This document shows positions 18,881 through 26,730 of a DNA stretch of 64,000 nucleotides, in pieces. The stretch is from NCBI GenBank assembly GCA_029259725.1, contig JAJDER010000037.1, forward strand, positions 4,972-68,971, written 5' to 3'. The first letter of the stretch is position 1. Each line of letters begins with the position of its first letter. The stretch is from Planctomycetota bacterium (GTDB taxonomy: Bacteria > Planctomycetota > B15-G4). The notes beneath the pieces were generated by a model. That model made no database searches, was not told the DNA's origin, and saw only the letters and a list, made by a program, of their open reading frames with translations. The translations under genes and the position numbers were made by a program.

Positions 18881-19867
18881 TCAGCGCCCCTGCGAGGCCG
18901 GCACCTCGCGCGCGACCCGCGCGAGATCGGCGTCGACCATCATGGTCACCAGGCCTCGGAAATCGATGCTCGGGGTCCAGCCCAGGATGCGTTCGGCGTG
19001 GGCCGCGTCGCCCAGCAACGTCTCCACTTCCGCCGGGCGCAGGAACGCCGGGTCGATGCGCACGTAGTCGTTCCAATCCAGGTCGACGTGCCCGAAGGCC
19101 ACTTCACAGAACTCACGCACGGTGTGGGCCTCGCCCGTCGCGATGACGAAGTCCCCGGGCTCGTCCTGCTGGAGCATGCGCCACATGGCGTCGACGAAGT
19201 CGCCGGCGTAACCCCAGTCGCGTCTGGCGTCCAGGTTGCCGAGCGCGAGACCGTCGTCGAGACCGTGGTGGATGCGTGCCACCGCGTTGGTGATCTTGCG
19301 CGTCACGAACTCGAGCCCGCGGCGCGGCGACTCGTGGTTGAACAGGATCCCCGAACTCGCGTGCATGCCATGGGCTTCGCGGTAGTTCACGGTGATCCAG
19401 TGCCCGTAGACCTTGGCCACGCCGTAGGGCGAACGCGGATGGAAGGGTGTCGATTCCCGCTGCGGCGTCTCGGCCACGCGCCCGAACATCTCGCTGCTGC
19501 TGGCCTGGTAGTAGCGCGCCTTCGGGCACACACGGCGCACGGCTTCGAGCAGGCGCACGACCCCCACGCCGGTGACGTCGGCGGTCAGTGTGGCCTGGCG
19601 GAACGACGTGGCCACGAAGGACTGCGCGGCGAGGTTGTAGATCTCGTCCGGACGGCTCTGTTCGAGCACGTCGCAGAGCGAGGCCTCGTCGAGCAGGTCG
19701 CCGTCGATCAGGGTGAGCTTGTCGAGGACGCCCCCGAGGCGCTCGTGGTTCGGCGTCGAGAGCCGGCGCACCATGCCGAACACCTCGTAGTCCTTGTCCA
19801 GCAGGAGTTCGGCCAGGTAGCTGCCGTCCTGCCCGGTGATGCCGGTGATGAGTGCGCGCCCTGCCAT
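18881..19867 (-). CDS. gmd: GDP-mannose 4,6-dehydratase
   Basis: 328 aa. It contains [42 protein letters not shown] and FNHESPRRG, which are the canonical Gmd motifs. Confidence 0.93.
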   Translation of the reverse strand: MAGRALITGITGQDGSYLAELLLDKDYEVFGMVRRLSTPNHERLGGVLDKLTLIDGDLLDEASLCDVLEQSRPDEIYNLAAQSFVATSFRQATLTADVTGVGVVRLLEAVRRVCPKARYYQASSSEMFGRVAETPQRESTPFHPRSPYGVAKVYGHWITVNYREAHGMHASSGILFNHESPRRGLEFVTRKITNAVARIHHGLDDGLALGNLDARRDWGYAGDFVDAMWRMLQQDEPGDFVIATGEAHTVREFCEVAFGHVDLDWNDYVRIDPAFLRPAEVETLLGDAAHAERILGWTPSIDFRGLVTMMVDADLARVAREVPASQGR

Positions 19868-19912
19868 GGATCGTCTTGCCGGAGTGGGATCTGCGTCGGG
19901 CCGAGGTGTGGC

Positions 19913-20719
19913 TCAGAGGAGCGTGAGCATAGCGGCCGAGGCCATCAGCAGACAGTACAGGGCGAACAGGCGCAGGGCCCGGGCATCGACGTGCACCGAG
20001 ATGAAGCGCAGCGCCAGCAGGCCGACTCCTCCGGCGACGACCAGGCCGCCGACGAGTCCGGGCTCGCCGTAGATCTCCGTACCCCGTGGCTCGAGCAGCT
20101 TGAGCAGCACCGCTCCACCGACGACCGGCACCGACATGACGAAGGCGATGCGCACCGCGTGCGCGCGCTGGAAGCCGAGCAGCAACGCCGCCACGATCGT
20201 GGCGCCCGCCCGGGAGATGCCGGGCACCAGGGCCATCGACTGGAACAGGCCCAGGATCAGCGCGTCGCGCAGCGTGCCCTGGTCCAGCGTGCGTGTCTGG
20301 CGCGTCTCGTCTCCCGGCGCGACGACGGCCAGCAGCAGCGCCGTCCCCAGGAGCCCGCCCGCGGCGCCCCCGACGTGCGCGAGGTGCTGCTCGATCAGGT
20401 CCTCCACCGGCAGTCCGATTGCCGCGGTGACCACGGCCGAGCCGAGGACGAGGGTCCACAGCCCACGCGATCCGGCGCCGAGCAGCGCCAGGAGGTCGCG
20501 CCAGCAGAACAGGATCACCGCCACCAGCGTCCCGAGGTGCAGCGCGACCTCGCGCGCCAGACCCTGTTCGCGCTCCAGGCCGAACCAGTGCCCGAAGAGC
20601 ACCAGGTGACCACTGCTGGAGACGGGCAGGAACTCCGTCGCGCCCTGGATCACGCCCAGCAGCAGCAGACTCAGCAGGGCTCCGTCGGCGGCGAGCAGGG
20701 CCAGCAGGCCCCGCGTCAC
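19913..20719 (-). CDS. uppP: Undecaprenyl-diphosphate phosphatase UppP/BacA
   Basis: This is the in-frame part of ORF 19913..21253, starting at GTG 20719 (GTGA overlap with the upstream regulator stop). Motifs include GVIQGATEFLPVSSSGHL and ALVPGISRAGATI. It has 7-8 TM helices. Confidence 0.9.
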   Translation of the reverse strand: MTRGLLALLAADGALLSLLLLGVIQGATEFLPVSSSGHLVLFGHWFGLEREQGLAREVALHLGTLVAVILFCWRDLLALLGAGSRGLWTLVLGSAVVTAAIGLPVEDLIEQHLAHVGGAAGGLLGTALLLAVVAPGDETRQTRTLDQGTLRDALILGLFQSMALVPGISRAGATIVAALLLGFQRAHAVRIAFVMSVPVVGGAVLLKLLEPRGTEIYGEPGLVGGLVVAGGVGLLALRFISVHVDARALRLFALYCLLMASAAMLTLL

Positions 20720-21300
20720 GAGGTCGCCCCGGTCCTCGACAGCAGGAGGTCGCGCAGCGCCTCGAGTTCGAACGGCTTGGGCAGGAACGCGTCCGCCCCG
20801 GCGTCGAGCACTTCGGTCGCCTGCTCCGGTTCGAGCCACGCGGACATCAGCACGATCGCGGGCTGGTGCAGGTCGGGCATGGCGCGGATCGTGCGCACCA
20901 CGTCGAGGCCGGTGGTGTCGCCGAGCCGGTAGTCGAGCAGCAGCACGTGCGGCTTGAAGCTCGCCGTGCGCAGGCCCGCCTCCCAGCCGGAAGCGGCGGT
21001 CTCGATCTGGTAGGTGCCCAGCCCGGTGAGGTAGCGCAGGAGCATGCGGCGGACGCCCTCGTCGTCGTCGACCACGAGCACGCGGCGCGGACCGGCGTCC
21101 TCGAGCAACTCCTCCACCGGCATGTCGTTGTCGCGCAGGAAGCGCACGACGGCGCTGCGGGTGAAGCGACGCTCTCGCGAGCCCGGGAGCTTGTAGCCCT
21201 CGAGTCGCCCGGTCTCGAACCACTTGATCACGGTGCGGATCGTGACCCGGCACAGGCGGGCCACCTGGCCGGTGGTGAGGACGTCCTTGACTGCACTCAC
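20716..21300 (-). CDS. Response regulator with N-terminal excisionase/MerR-type HTH and C-terminal receiver domain
   Basis: This is the in-frame part of ORF 20716..21912, starting at GTG 21300. The HTH is LTTGQVARLCRVTIRTVIKWFETGRLEGYKLPG. The REC domain has RVLVVDDDEG, HVLLLDYRLGD (phospho-acceptor Asp), IVLMSA and LPKPF. Confidence 0.8.
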   Translation of the reverse strand: MSAVKDVLTTGQVARLCRVTIRTVIKWFETGRLEGYKLPGSRERRFTRSAVVRFLRDNDMPVEELLEDAGPRRVLVVDDDEGVRRMLLRYLTGLGTYQIETAASGWEAGLRTASFKPHVLLLDYRLGDTTGLDVVRTIRAMPDLHQPAIVLMSAWLEPEQATEVLDAGADAFLPKPFELEALRDLLLSRTGATS

Positions 21301-21359
21301 GGGTTCGACTCTAGCGACAGGGAGGCTCCGGTCCACGCACCGAACCCGGGAGCGCCGGA

Positions 21360-21971
21360 TCACGGCGGCCAGCGCAGGCACGTTCGGCACGGGGAGCGGC
21401 CGGACTTGAACAGGCTCGCGACGTCGGTGGTCGCCTCGCGGCGGGCCACGCCTCCCAGCACCGGACAACGGTCGCGATGGAAGCGCCGCGAGGTGACCAC
21501 GAAGAGCTCGCCCGCGACGCGACCGTAGCGCCCGTGGACACCCACCCCGGCGTCCACGGCCGCGGCCTGGAGCGCCCCGAGGCGCTCGTCGCCCCCGATG
21601 TAGACCCAGGCCAGCCCCGCTCCGACCAGGACCTCGCTGGCACTCAGCCCGCCGATGCGGACGTCGGCCAGGAGGCGGCCATAGCGGTCGCGAGGGGGAT
21701 CGGCAGGCACGAGCTCCACCGGGCCTCCGCCGGCCAGCGACGTCAACAGGGCCGTCGCCCGGTCCGCCAGGGGGCGGCCACGCTCGGGTGTGTCGATGGC
21801 CGCCAGCCGCACCCGCTCCCCGCCGGGAAGCCGCAGCGTGTCGCCGTCGAGGACCACGAGCGTCGCTTCGGCCGGCGGCGCCGCGGGCCCGCCGCCCGAC
21901 AGCGCGAGCCACCCACCGAGGGCCAGGGCCAGGAGCGCGCGGCCGCGCCCCCGGACGAGTCGGTCGATCAG
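21360..21971 (-). CDS. Staphylococcal-nuclease (SNase/thermonuclease) family protein with C-terminal Ada-type Zn-binding motif
   Basis: The SNase core is VLDGDTLRL...VRLAAIDTPE...DRYGRLLADV. The C-terminus FHRDRCP...SGRSPCRTC resembles the Ada metal-binding domain. No ATG/GTG/TTG lies between the ald stop and the hydrophobic segment ALLALALGGWLALSGGG. Candidate starts are CTG 21971 or GTG 21857, so the 5' end is uncertain. Confidence 0.7.
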   Translation of the reverse strand: MIDRLVRGRGRALLALALGGWLALSGGGPAAPPAEATLVVLDGDTLRLPGGERVRLAAIDTPERGRPLADRATALLTSLAGGGPVELVPADPPRDRYGRLLADVRIGGLSASEVLVGAGLAWVYIGGDERLGALQAAAVDAGVGVHGRYGRVAGELFVVTSRRFHRDRCPVLGGVARREATTDVASLFKSGRSPCRTCLRWPP

Positions 21972-23080
21972 GCCAGGACGGTGTTCAGCGGCACGAGTTC
22001 GCGGTTGAAGGCCTCGGCCACGCCGTGATGCGTGATCGCGCCGTCCACCACGTTCGCGCCCAGGGCCAGATTGGCGTCGTTGCTGAGCGCCTTGCGCAGG
22101 CCGTCCCGCGCCAGCACGCGCGCATAGGGCAGCGTCACGTTGGTCAGCGCAAAGGTGGAGGTGCGCGGCACCGCGCCCGGCATGTTGGCCACGGCGTAGT
22201 GCAGCACGCCGTCGACCTCGTAGGTCGGGTCCAGGTGGGTCGTCGGGTGGATCGTCTCCACACAACCCCCCTGGTCCACGGCGACGTCGACGATGACCGA
22301 GGCCTGCTTCATCAGGGCCAGGTCCTCGCGCATGACGAGGTTCGGGGCCTTCGCGCCCGTCACCAGCACCGCACCCACGACCAGGTCCGCCGATGGCAGC
22401 TCCTCCTGGATCGCCAGACGGTTGCTGTAACGCGTCGTGACGTTGGCCGGCATGACGTCGTCGAGGTAGCGCAGCCGGTCCATGTCGATGTCCATGAGGG
22501 TCACGCGCGCCCCCAGGCCCGCGGCCATCTTGGCGGCGTTGATGCCCACGATGCCGCCACCGAGGATGAGCACCTGTCCCGGCTCGACGCCGGGGACGCC
22601 ACCGAGCAGCACACCGCGGCCGCCCATGGGCTTCTCGAGGTACTTGGCGCCCTCCTGCACGGCCATCCGGCCGGCGACCTCGGACATCGGGATCAGCAGC
22701 GGCAGGGTGCCGCGCACCTCGACGGTCTCGTAGGCGACGCAGGCGGCCCGGGTCGCGATCATCGCGTCGGTCAGGGTCTCGTTCGCCGCGAAGTGGAAGT
22801 ACGTGAAGAGCAGCTGGCCCGCCTTGATGCGCGGGTACTCCTCCGCGATCGGCTCCTTGACCTTCACGATCATGTCGGCCTCGGCGTACACGGCGTCGGC
22901 GTCGGGCAGGAGCGTGGCTCCCGCGGCGATGTACTCCTCGTCCGTGAAGGCGCTGCCAAGGCCTGCGCCCTGCTGGACGAAGACCTGGTGCCCGTCCTCG
23001 GTCAGCATCTGGGCGCCTGCCGGCACCATGCCGACCCGGTTCTCGCTGGGCTTGATCTCGGTGGGGACGCCGATCTTCAT
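21968..23080 (-). CDS. ald: Alanine dehydrogenase
   Basis: This is the in-frame part of ORF 21968..23254, starting at ATG 23080. Motifs include MKIGVPTEIKPSENRVGMVP, MIVKVKEP and the NAD motif VLILGGGIVGINAA. Confidence 0.93.
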   Translation of the reverse strand: MKIGVPTEIKPSENRVGMVPAGAQMLTEDGHQVFVQQGAGLGSAFTDEEYIAAGATLLPDADAVYAEADMIVKVKEPIAEEYPRIKAGQLLFTYFHFAANETLTDAMIATRAACVAYETVEVRGTLPLLIPMSEVAGRMAVQEGAKYLEKPMGGRGVLLGGVPGVEPGQVLILGGGIVGINAAKMAAGLGARVTLMDIDMDRLRYLDDVMPANVTTRYSNRLAIQEELPSADLVVGAVLVTGAKAPNLVMREDLALMKQASVIVDVAVDQGGCVETIHPTTHLDPTYEVDGVLHYAVANMPGAVPRTSTFALTNVTLPYARVLARDGLRKALSNDANLALGANVVDGAITHHGVAEAFNRELVPLNTVLA

Positions 23081-23246
23081 GGGGTCGCTCGCTCGCGCGG
23101 GCCGGTCTTCCGGCCCCGGGGACGGGAACTGCCGTGGATGAGGGGCGCCGAGTCTAGGCCCCGCCCCGGTCCCCCACAAGACGCCCGACCCGGCGGACCC
23201 TCGTTGATCCGAAGGCCGGGATTCCGTAAGACACTCGCTTCGACCC

Positions 23247-23323
23247 GGGCGCATAGCTCAGTTGGCTAGAGCACCAGCTCGACAAGCTGGGGGTCGTAGG
23301 TTCGAGCCCTACTGCGCCCACCA
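23247..23323 (+). tRNA. tRNA-Val (anticodon GAC), CCA encoded
   Basis: I folded the cloverleaf by hand. The acceptor stem is GGGCGCA/UGCGCCC, the D-arm GCUC/GAGC, the anticodon stem CCAGC/GCUGG with loop UCGACAA, the variable loop GGGUC, and the T-arm GUAGG-UUCGAGC-CCUAC. The discriminator is A, followed by CCA. It is co-linear with E. coli tRNA-Val(GAC). Confidence 0.9.
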
Positions 23324-23417
23324 CGTCGTCTGGACCCCGCCCGATGGTGAGCCTTCGCTCCCGGGCCGCGCTCCCGCTCTATCGGGGCGACCGCTCCTGC
23401 GTCGCGCGGAGTCGACG

Positions 23418-25328
23418 ATGACCGCCCCCCGTCAGCCCGCCAGCCAGCCGGGTCCCTCCGTCGAGGATCTCGCCGCGGACTACCTTCGCCGCGTCGAGGA
23501 CGGGGAGACTCCGGATCTCGCCGGAATCGGGGCGGGGCTCGGGACCGACGCCCAGCGACAGGCCCTGCGACGGTTGGTCGAAGCCGCGCGGCACACCCAG
23601 AGCCTGCTCCCGGTCCAGGCCCGCCCCGGCACGGTGCTCGCCGGACGCTACCGGCTGCTGGGAGAGCTGGGCGCCGGCGGCATGGGCAAGGTCTTCGAGG
23701 CCGAGGACCTGCGCCTCAAGCGGCGGGTGGCGATCAAGGTGCTGGCCGTGTTCGGCATGCCCAGCTTCGACCCCCACGCCCTGCTGCGCCAGGAGGCGGA
23801 GATCCTGGCCAGCTTCCAGCACCCGAACATCGTGGCGGTGCACGAGATCGCGCGGGAGGGCGAACTGCACTACCTGGTCATGGACCTGGTGCGTGGGCGG
23901 CCGCTGACCCGCGTCCTCGCCGATGTGAGACAGGCCCTCGGCGACGACGCGCTCCCGCGCGATGGCCGCCTGCTCCAAGCCGAGCCGGCCGGTCGTGACG
24001 ACCCGCCTCAGCGCGTCGGGGCCGGTTCCTGGTTCGACGCCGTCGCCGCGCTGGCAGAGACCCTGGCGCGCACCCTGGCCCATGCCCATGAACGTGGGCT
24101 CGTGCACCGCGACATCAAGCCGGCGAACGTCATGCTCACCACCGAGGGCACGCCGGTCGTGCTCGACTTCGGTCTGGCCGGCACGCGTGAGGTCGCCGAC
24201 AGCGGCATCACCGCCGGCCTCGTCGGCAGCGCCGCCTACCTCGCGCCGGAGCAGGCCCGCAACGAGCAGGTCGGCAAGGATCCGCGCACCGATGTCTACC
24301 AGCTCGGCGTGCTGCTCTACGAGCTGCTCACGCTCCGGCCCGCCTACGAGGAGTCCTCGGTCCCGGTGCTGCTCGAGAAGGTCTCGCGCGGGCACGCGTT
24401 GCCGCCTCGGCGGCTCGACCCGGGGATCCCGGCGGAGCTCGAGGCGATCTGCCTGATGGCCATGGAGACCGACCCCGAGCACCGCTACGCGACGGCGCTC
24501 GCGCTCGCCGAGGACGTGCGACGGTATCTCGACGGCACCGAGCTGCCGATCGCCGCTCGGGGCGCGGCGACACTCGGCCGACGGGTCCGCTTCGCGTGGC
24601 ACCGCCATCGCGGCCGGCTGACCGCCGCGGCCGGCGTGGCCCTGTTGGCCCTGGTGGCGCTGGTGTCGTGGTGGGCCCGCGGGCCTCGGCTGACCGAGAT
24701 CGAGCCGTTCCTGTTCCGACCGCTGGGCGACCTGCGGGCCTCGCTGCGCGACGGCACCGGCCAGTCTGCGTTCGGGGCCGCCATCCGCGACGTGGCGCCG
24801 GGGGACGCGCTGGGCGTGATCATCGACGCCGTGGAGCCGAGCTGGGTCTACGCCCTCTCGGTGTTCGGCTCGGACCCCGAGGAACCCGAATGGCTGGCGC
24901 CCATGGAAGTGGAGTTCCTCACGGCCGAGGGCGCCGAGGAGGACGGCCCGCGGGCCTCGGTGGGTTTCGCCTGGGGTCTGCCGATCCCCGCCGGGGAGTC
25001 CCGGCTGGTCTGCACGCTGATTCGCGAACGGGACGGATACGAGGGCCTGTGGGTCTTCACCAGCCCCGAGCCCGTCCCCACCCTGGACAGCTGGATGGAG
25101 GTCCTGTCCGACCTCGCCGCGCACAGCTCGCGCGGCGCCGTCCCCCTGGGCCTGGCCAGCGCCGCCTTCGGGCAGCTCCCCTCCGGGCCCCGCGGGATCT
25201 CGCCGCGGCTGGACGAGGTCGAGCGCCTGGCCCTCGGCCGCGAGATCGACCGCGCCTACATCCTCGGGGAGCAGCCATGGCCCTTCCCGGACTCACTCCG
25301 GTTTGAGATCGTGCTTCCCGTGCAGTGA
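23418..25328 (+). CDS. Membrane-anchored Ser/Thr protein kinase with C-terminal extracytoplasmic domain
   Basis: This is the in-frame part of ORF 23262..25328, starting at ATG 23418. Hanks motifs are GELGAGGMGKVF, VAIKVL, HRDIKPANVML, DFGLAG and YLAPEQ. It has one TM helix (AAAGVALLALVALVSWW) followed by a roughly 200-aa domain (WVYALSVFGSD...), possibly DUF4384-like. Confidence 0.88.
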   Translation: MTAPRQPASQPGPSVEDLAADYLRRVEDGETPDLAGIGAGLGTDAQRQALRRLVEAARHTQSLLPVQARPGTVLAGRYRLLGELGAGGMGKVFEAEDLRLKRRVAIKVLAVFGMPSFDPHALLRQEAEILASFQHPNIVAVHEIAREGELHYLVMDLVRGRPLTRVLADVRQALGDDALPRDGRLLQAEPAGRDDPPQRVGAGSWFDAVAALAETLARTLAHAHERGLVHRDIKPANVMLTTEGTPVVLDFGLAGTREVADSGITAGLVGSAAYLAPEQARNEQVGKDPRTDVYQLGVLLYELLTLRPAYEESSVPVLLEKVSRGHALPPRRLDPGIPAELEAICLMAMETDPEHRYATALALAEDVRRYLDGTELPIAARGAATLGRRVRFAWHRHRGRLTAAAGVALLALVALVSWWARGPRLTEIEPFLFRPLGDLRASLRDGTGQSAFGAAIRDVAPGDALGVIIDAVEPSWVYALSVFGSDPEEPEWLAPMEVEFLTAEGAEEDGPRASVGFAWGLPIPAGESRLVCTLIRERDGYEGLWVFTSPEPVPTLDSWMEVLSDLAAHSSRGAVPLGLASAAFGQLPSGPRGISPRLDEVERLALGREIDRAYILGEQPWPFPDSLRFEIVLPVQ

Positions 25329-25350
25329 GCGGCGAGGACGCTCCCCACCG

Positions 25351-25989
25351 ATGTCCGAGAACCCCGTGGATCCAGAGCTGGCTCGGACCCTGGACCTGCT
25401 GAGCCGGGCCCAGGGTGGCGATCGTGCGGCGCTCGAGCGCCTCTTCGCCCGCTACTACCCGCGGGTGCTGCCCATCATCCGGGTGCGCATCGGCCGGCTG
25501 CTCCGGGCTCGCGTCGAGAGCGGGGACATCCTCCAGGACACCTTCCTCGCGGCCCTGCGCTCGTTCGATCGTTTCGAGATCCGCGACGAGGCGGCGTTCC
25601 TGAACTGGCTCGCCCGCATCGCCGAGCACCAGATCCAGGATGCGGCCGACTTCTTCGGTGCCCAGAAGCGCAACGTCGCGCGTGAGGTGCCCCTGAACGC
25701 CGGCACCGAGTCCGCTCCGTCCGCGAGCCGCGAACCCACCGACACCGCGCCCACGCCGATGGAACAGGCGCAGCAGCTCGAGCAGCGCAGCGAAGTGGAG
25801 CAGGCGCTCGAGGGTCTCAGCGAGGACTACCGCGAGCTGATCCTGTGGCGCGACTTCATGGGCGCGTCGTGGGCCGTCATCGCCGAGGAGACCCAGCGGC
25901 CCAGCGCGGATGCCGCGCGCATGATGTACGGCAAGGCGATCATCGAGCTGACCAAGCGCATGCCCCGCCAGCACGGCTCGTCGTCCTAG
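25351..25989 (+). CDS. ECF-type RNA polymerase sigma-70 factor
   Basis: This is the in-frame part of ORF 25303..25989, starting at ATG 25351. Region 2 is ILQDTFLAALRSFDRF...FLNWLARIAEHQIQD. Region 4 is YRELILWRDFMGASWAVIAEETQRPSADAARMMYGKA. It lies 22 nt downstream of the kinase gene. Confidence 0.85.
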   Translation: MSENPVDPELARTLDLLSRAQGGDRAALERLFARYYPRVLPIIRVRIGRLLRARVESGDILQDTFLAALRSFDRFEIRDEAAFLNWLARIAEHQIQDAADFFGAQKRNVAREVPLNAGTESAPSASREPTDTAPTPMEQAQQLEQRSEVEQALEGLSEDYRELILWRDFMGASWAVIAEETQRPSADAARMMYGKAIIELTKRMPRQHGSSS

Positions 25990-26730
25990 CTAGAGCTCGC
26001 GGACGAAGATGTTGCGGTACCAGACGTCGGCGCCGTGGTCCTGCAGAGCGAGATGCCCGCGCTCGGCCATGCCGTAGGCGGGCCACTGGTCGAACTTGCT
26101 GGCTGCCACGCGTGCCTTCCAGTCCGCGTCGTGCAACGTGTAGGCCACGATGCGCTCGCCGTTGAGCCAGTGCTCGACGCGCCTGCCGTCGACCACGATG
26201 CGGGCCTGGTTCCAGCTGCCTGCCGGACGCGTCACGTCCGCGCTCGCCGCGTGCAGCGCGTAGTTGGCGCCGGCCTGGTTCACCGCGGGGATGTCGGGGT
26301 AGCCGGCATCGTCCAGCACCTGGAACTCGGGCCCCGAGAAGTAGGCCGGGTCGGATGTCTCATCGACCCGGAAGAAGATGCCGCTGTTGCCGCCCGGTGC
26401 GATCATCCACTCGATCTCGAGCTCGAAGCTCCCGAAGGTGTCGACGGTGATCAGGTCTCCTCCGGCACCGTGGCCGTGCAGCGCGCCCTCGTCGGCGGTC
26501 CAGCCCTCCGGCACGTCGGCTCGGCCGTAGCCGCGCCAGCCGGCCGTGCTGTGCCCGTCGAACAGCGGACGCCAACCCGCGTCGAGTCGCTCGGCGTCGA
26601 GCGTGTTCAGGGTCCCGCCGGACACGGTCTCGCCCGGTGATCCGCAGGCAGGCAGGAGCACGGCGGCCAGCAGCGCGAGAAGCGGCGCGCCGCGGCGGAC
26701 GCGCCGCCCGAGGGTGACAGCCACGTGCAT
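25990..26730 (-). CDS. DUF1080 (3-keto-disaccharide hydrolase family) lipoprotein
   Basis: This is the in-frame part of ORF 25990..27582, starting at ATG 26730. The signal/lipobox is LLALLAAVLLPAC. Family hallmarks are GWRPLFDG...GWRGY...GW...G, FELEIEW, GNSGIFFR, QVLD and LALQDHG...WYRNIFVREL. Confidence 0.85.
   Translation of the reverse strand: MHVAVTLGRRVRRGAPLLALLAAVLLPACGSPGETVSGGTLNTLDAERLDAGWRPLFDGHSTAGWRGYGRADVPEGWTADEGALHGHGAGGDLITVDTFGSFELEIEWMIAPGGNSGIFFRVDETSDPAYFSGPEFQVLDDAGYPDIPAVNQAGANYALHAASADVTRPAGSWNQARIVVDGRRVEHWLNGERIVAYTLHDADWKARVAASKFDQWPAYGMAERGHLALQDHGADVWYRNIFVREL

Noticed and set aside
23081-25989. A tRNA-Val-adjacent genomic island (the tRNA gene is followed by kinase and ECF sigma genes)
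   Set aside because: There is no integrase, recombinase or transposase. I saw no direct repeat of the tRNA 3' end downstream, and no compositional break. The region appears to be ordinary chromosome.
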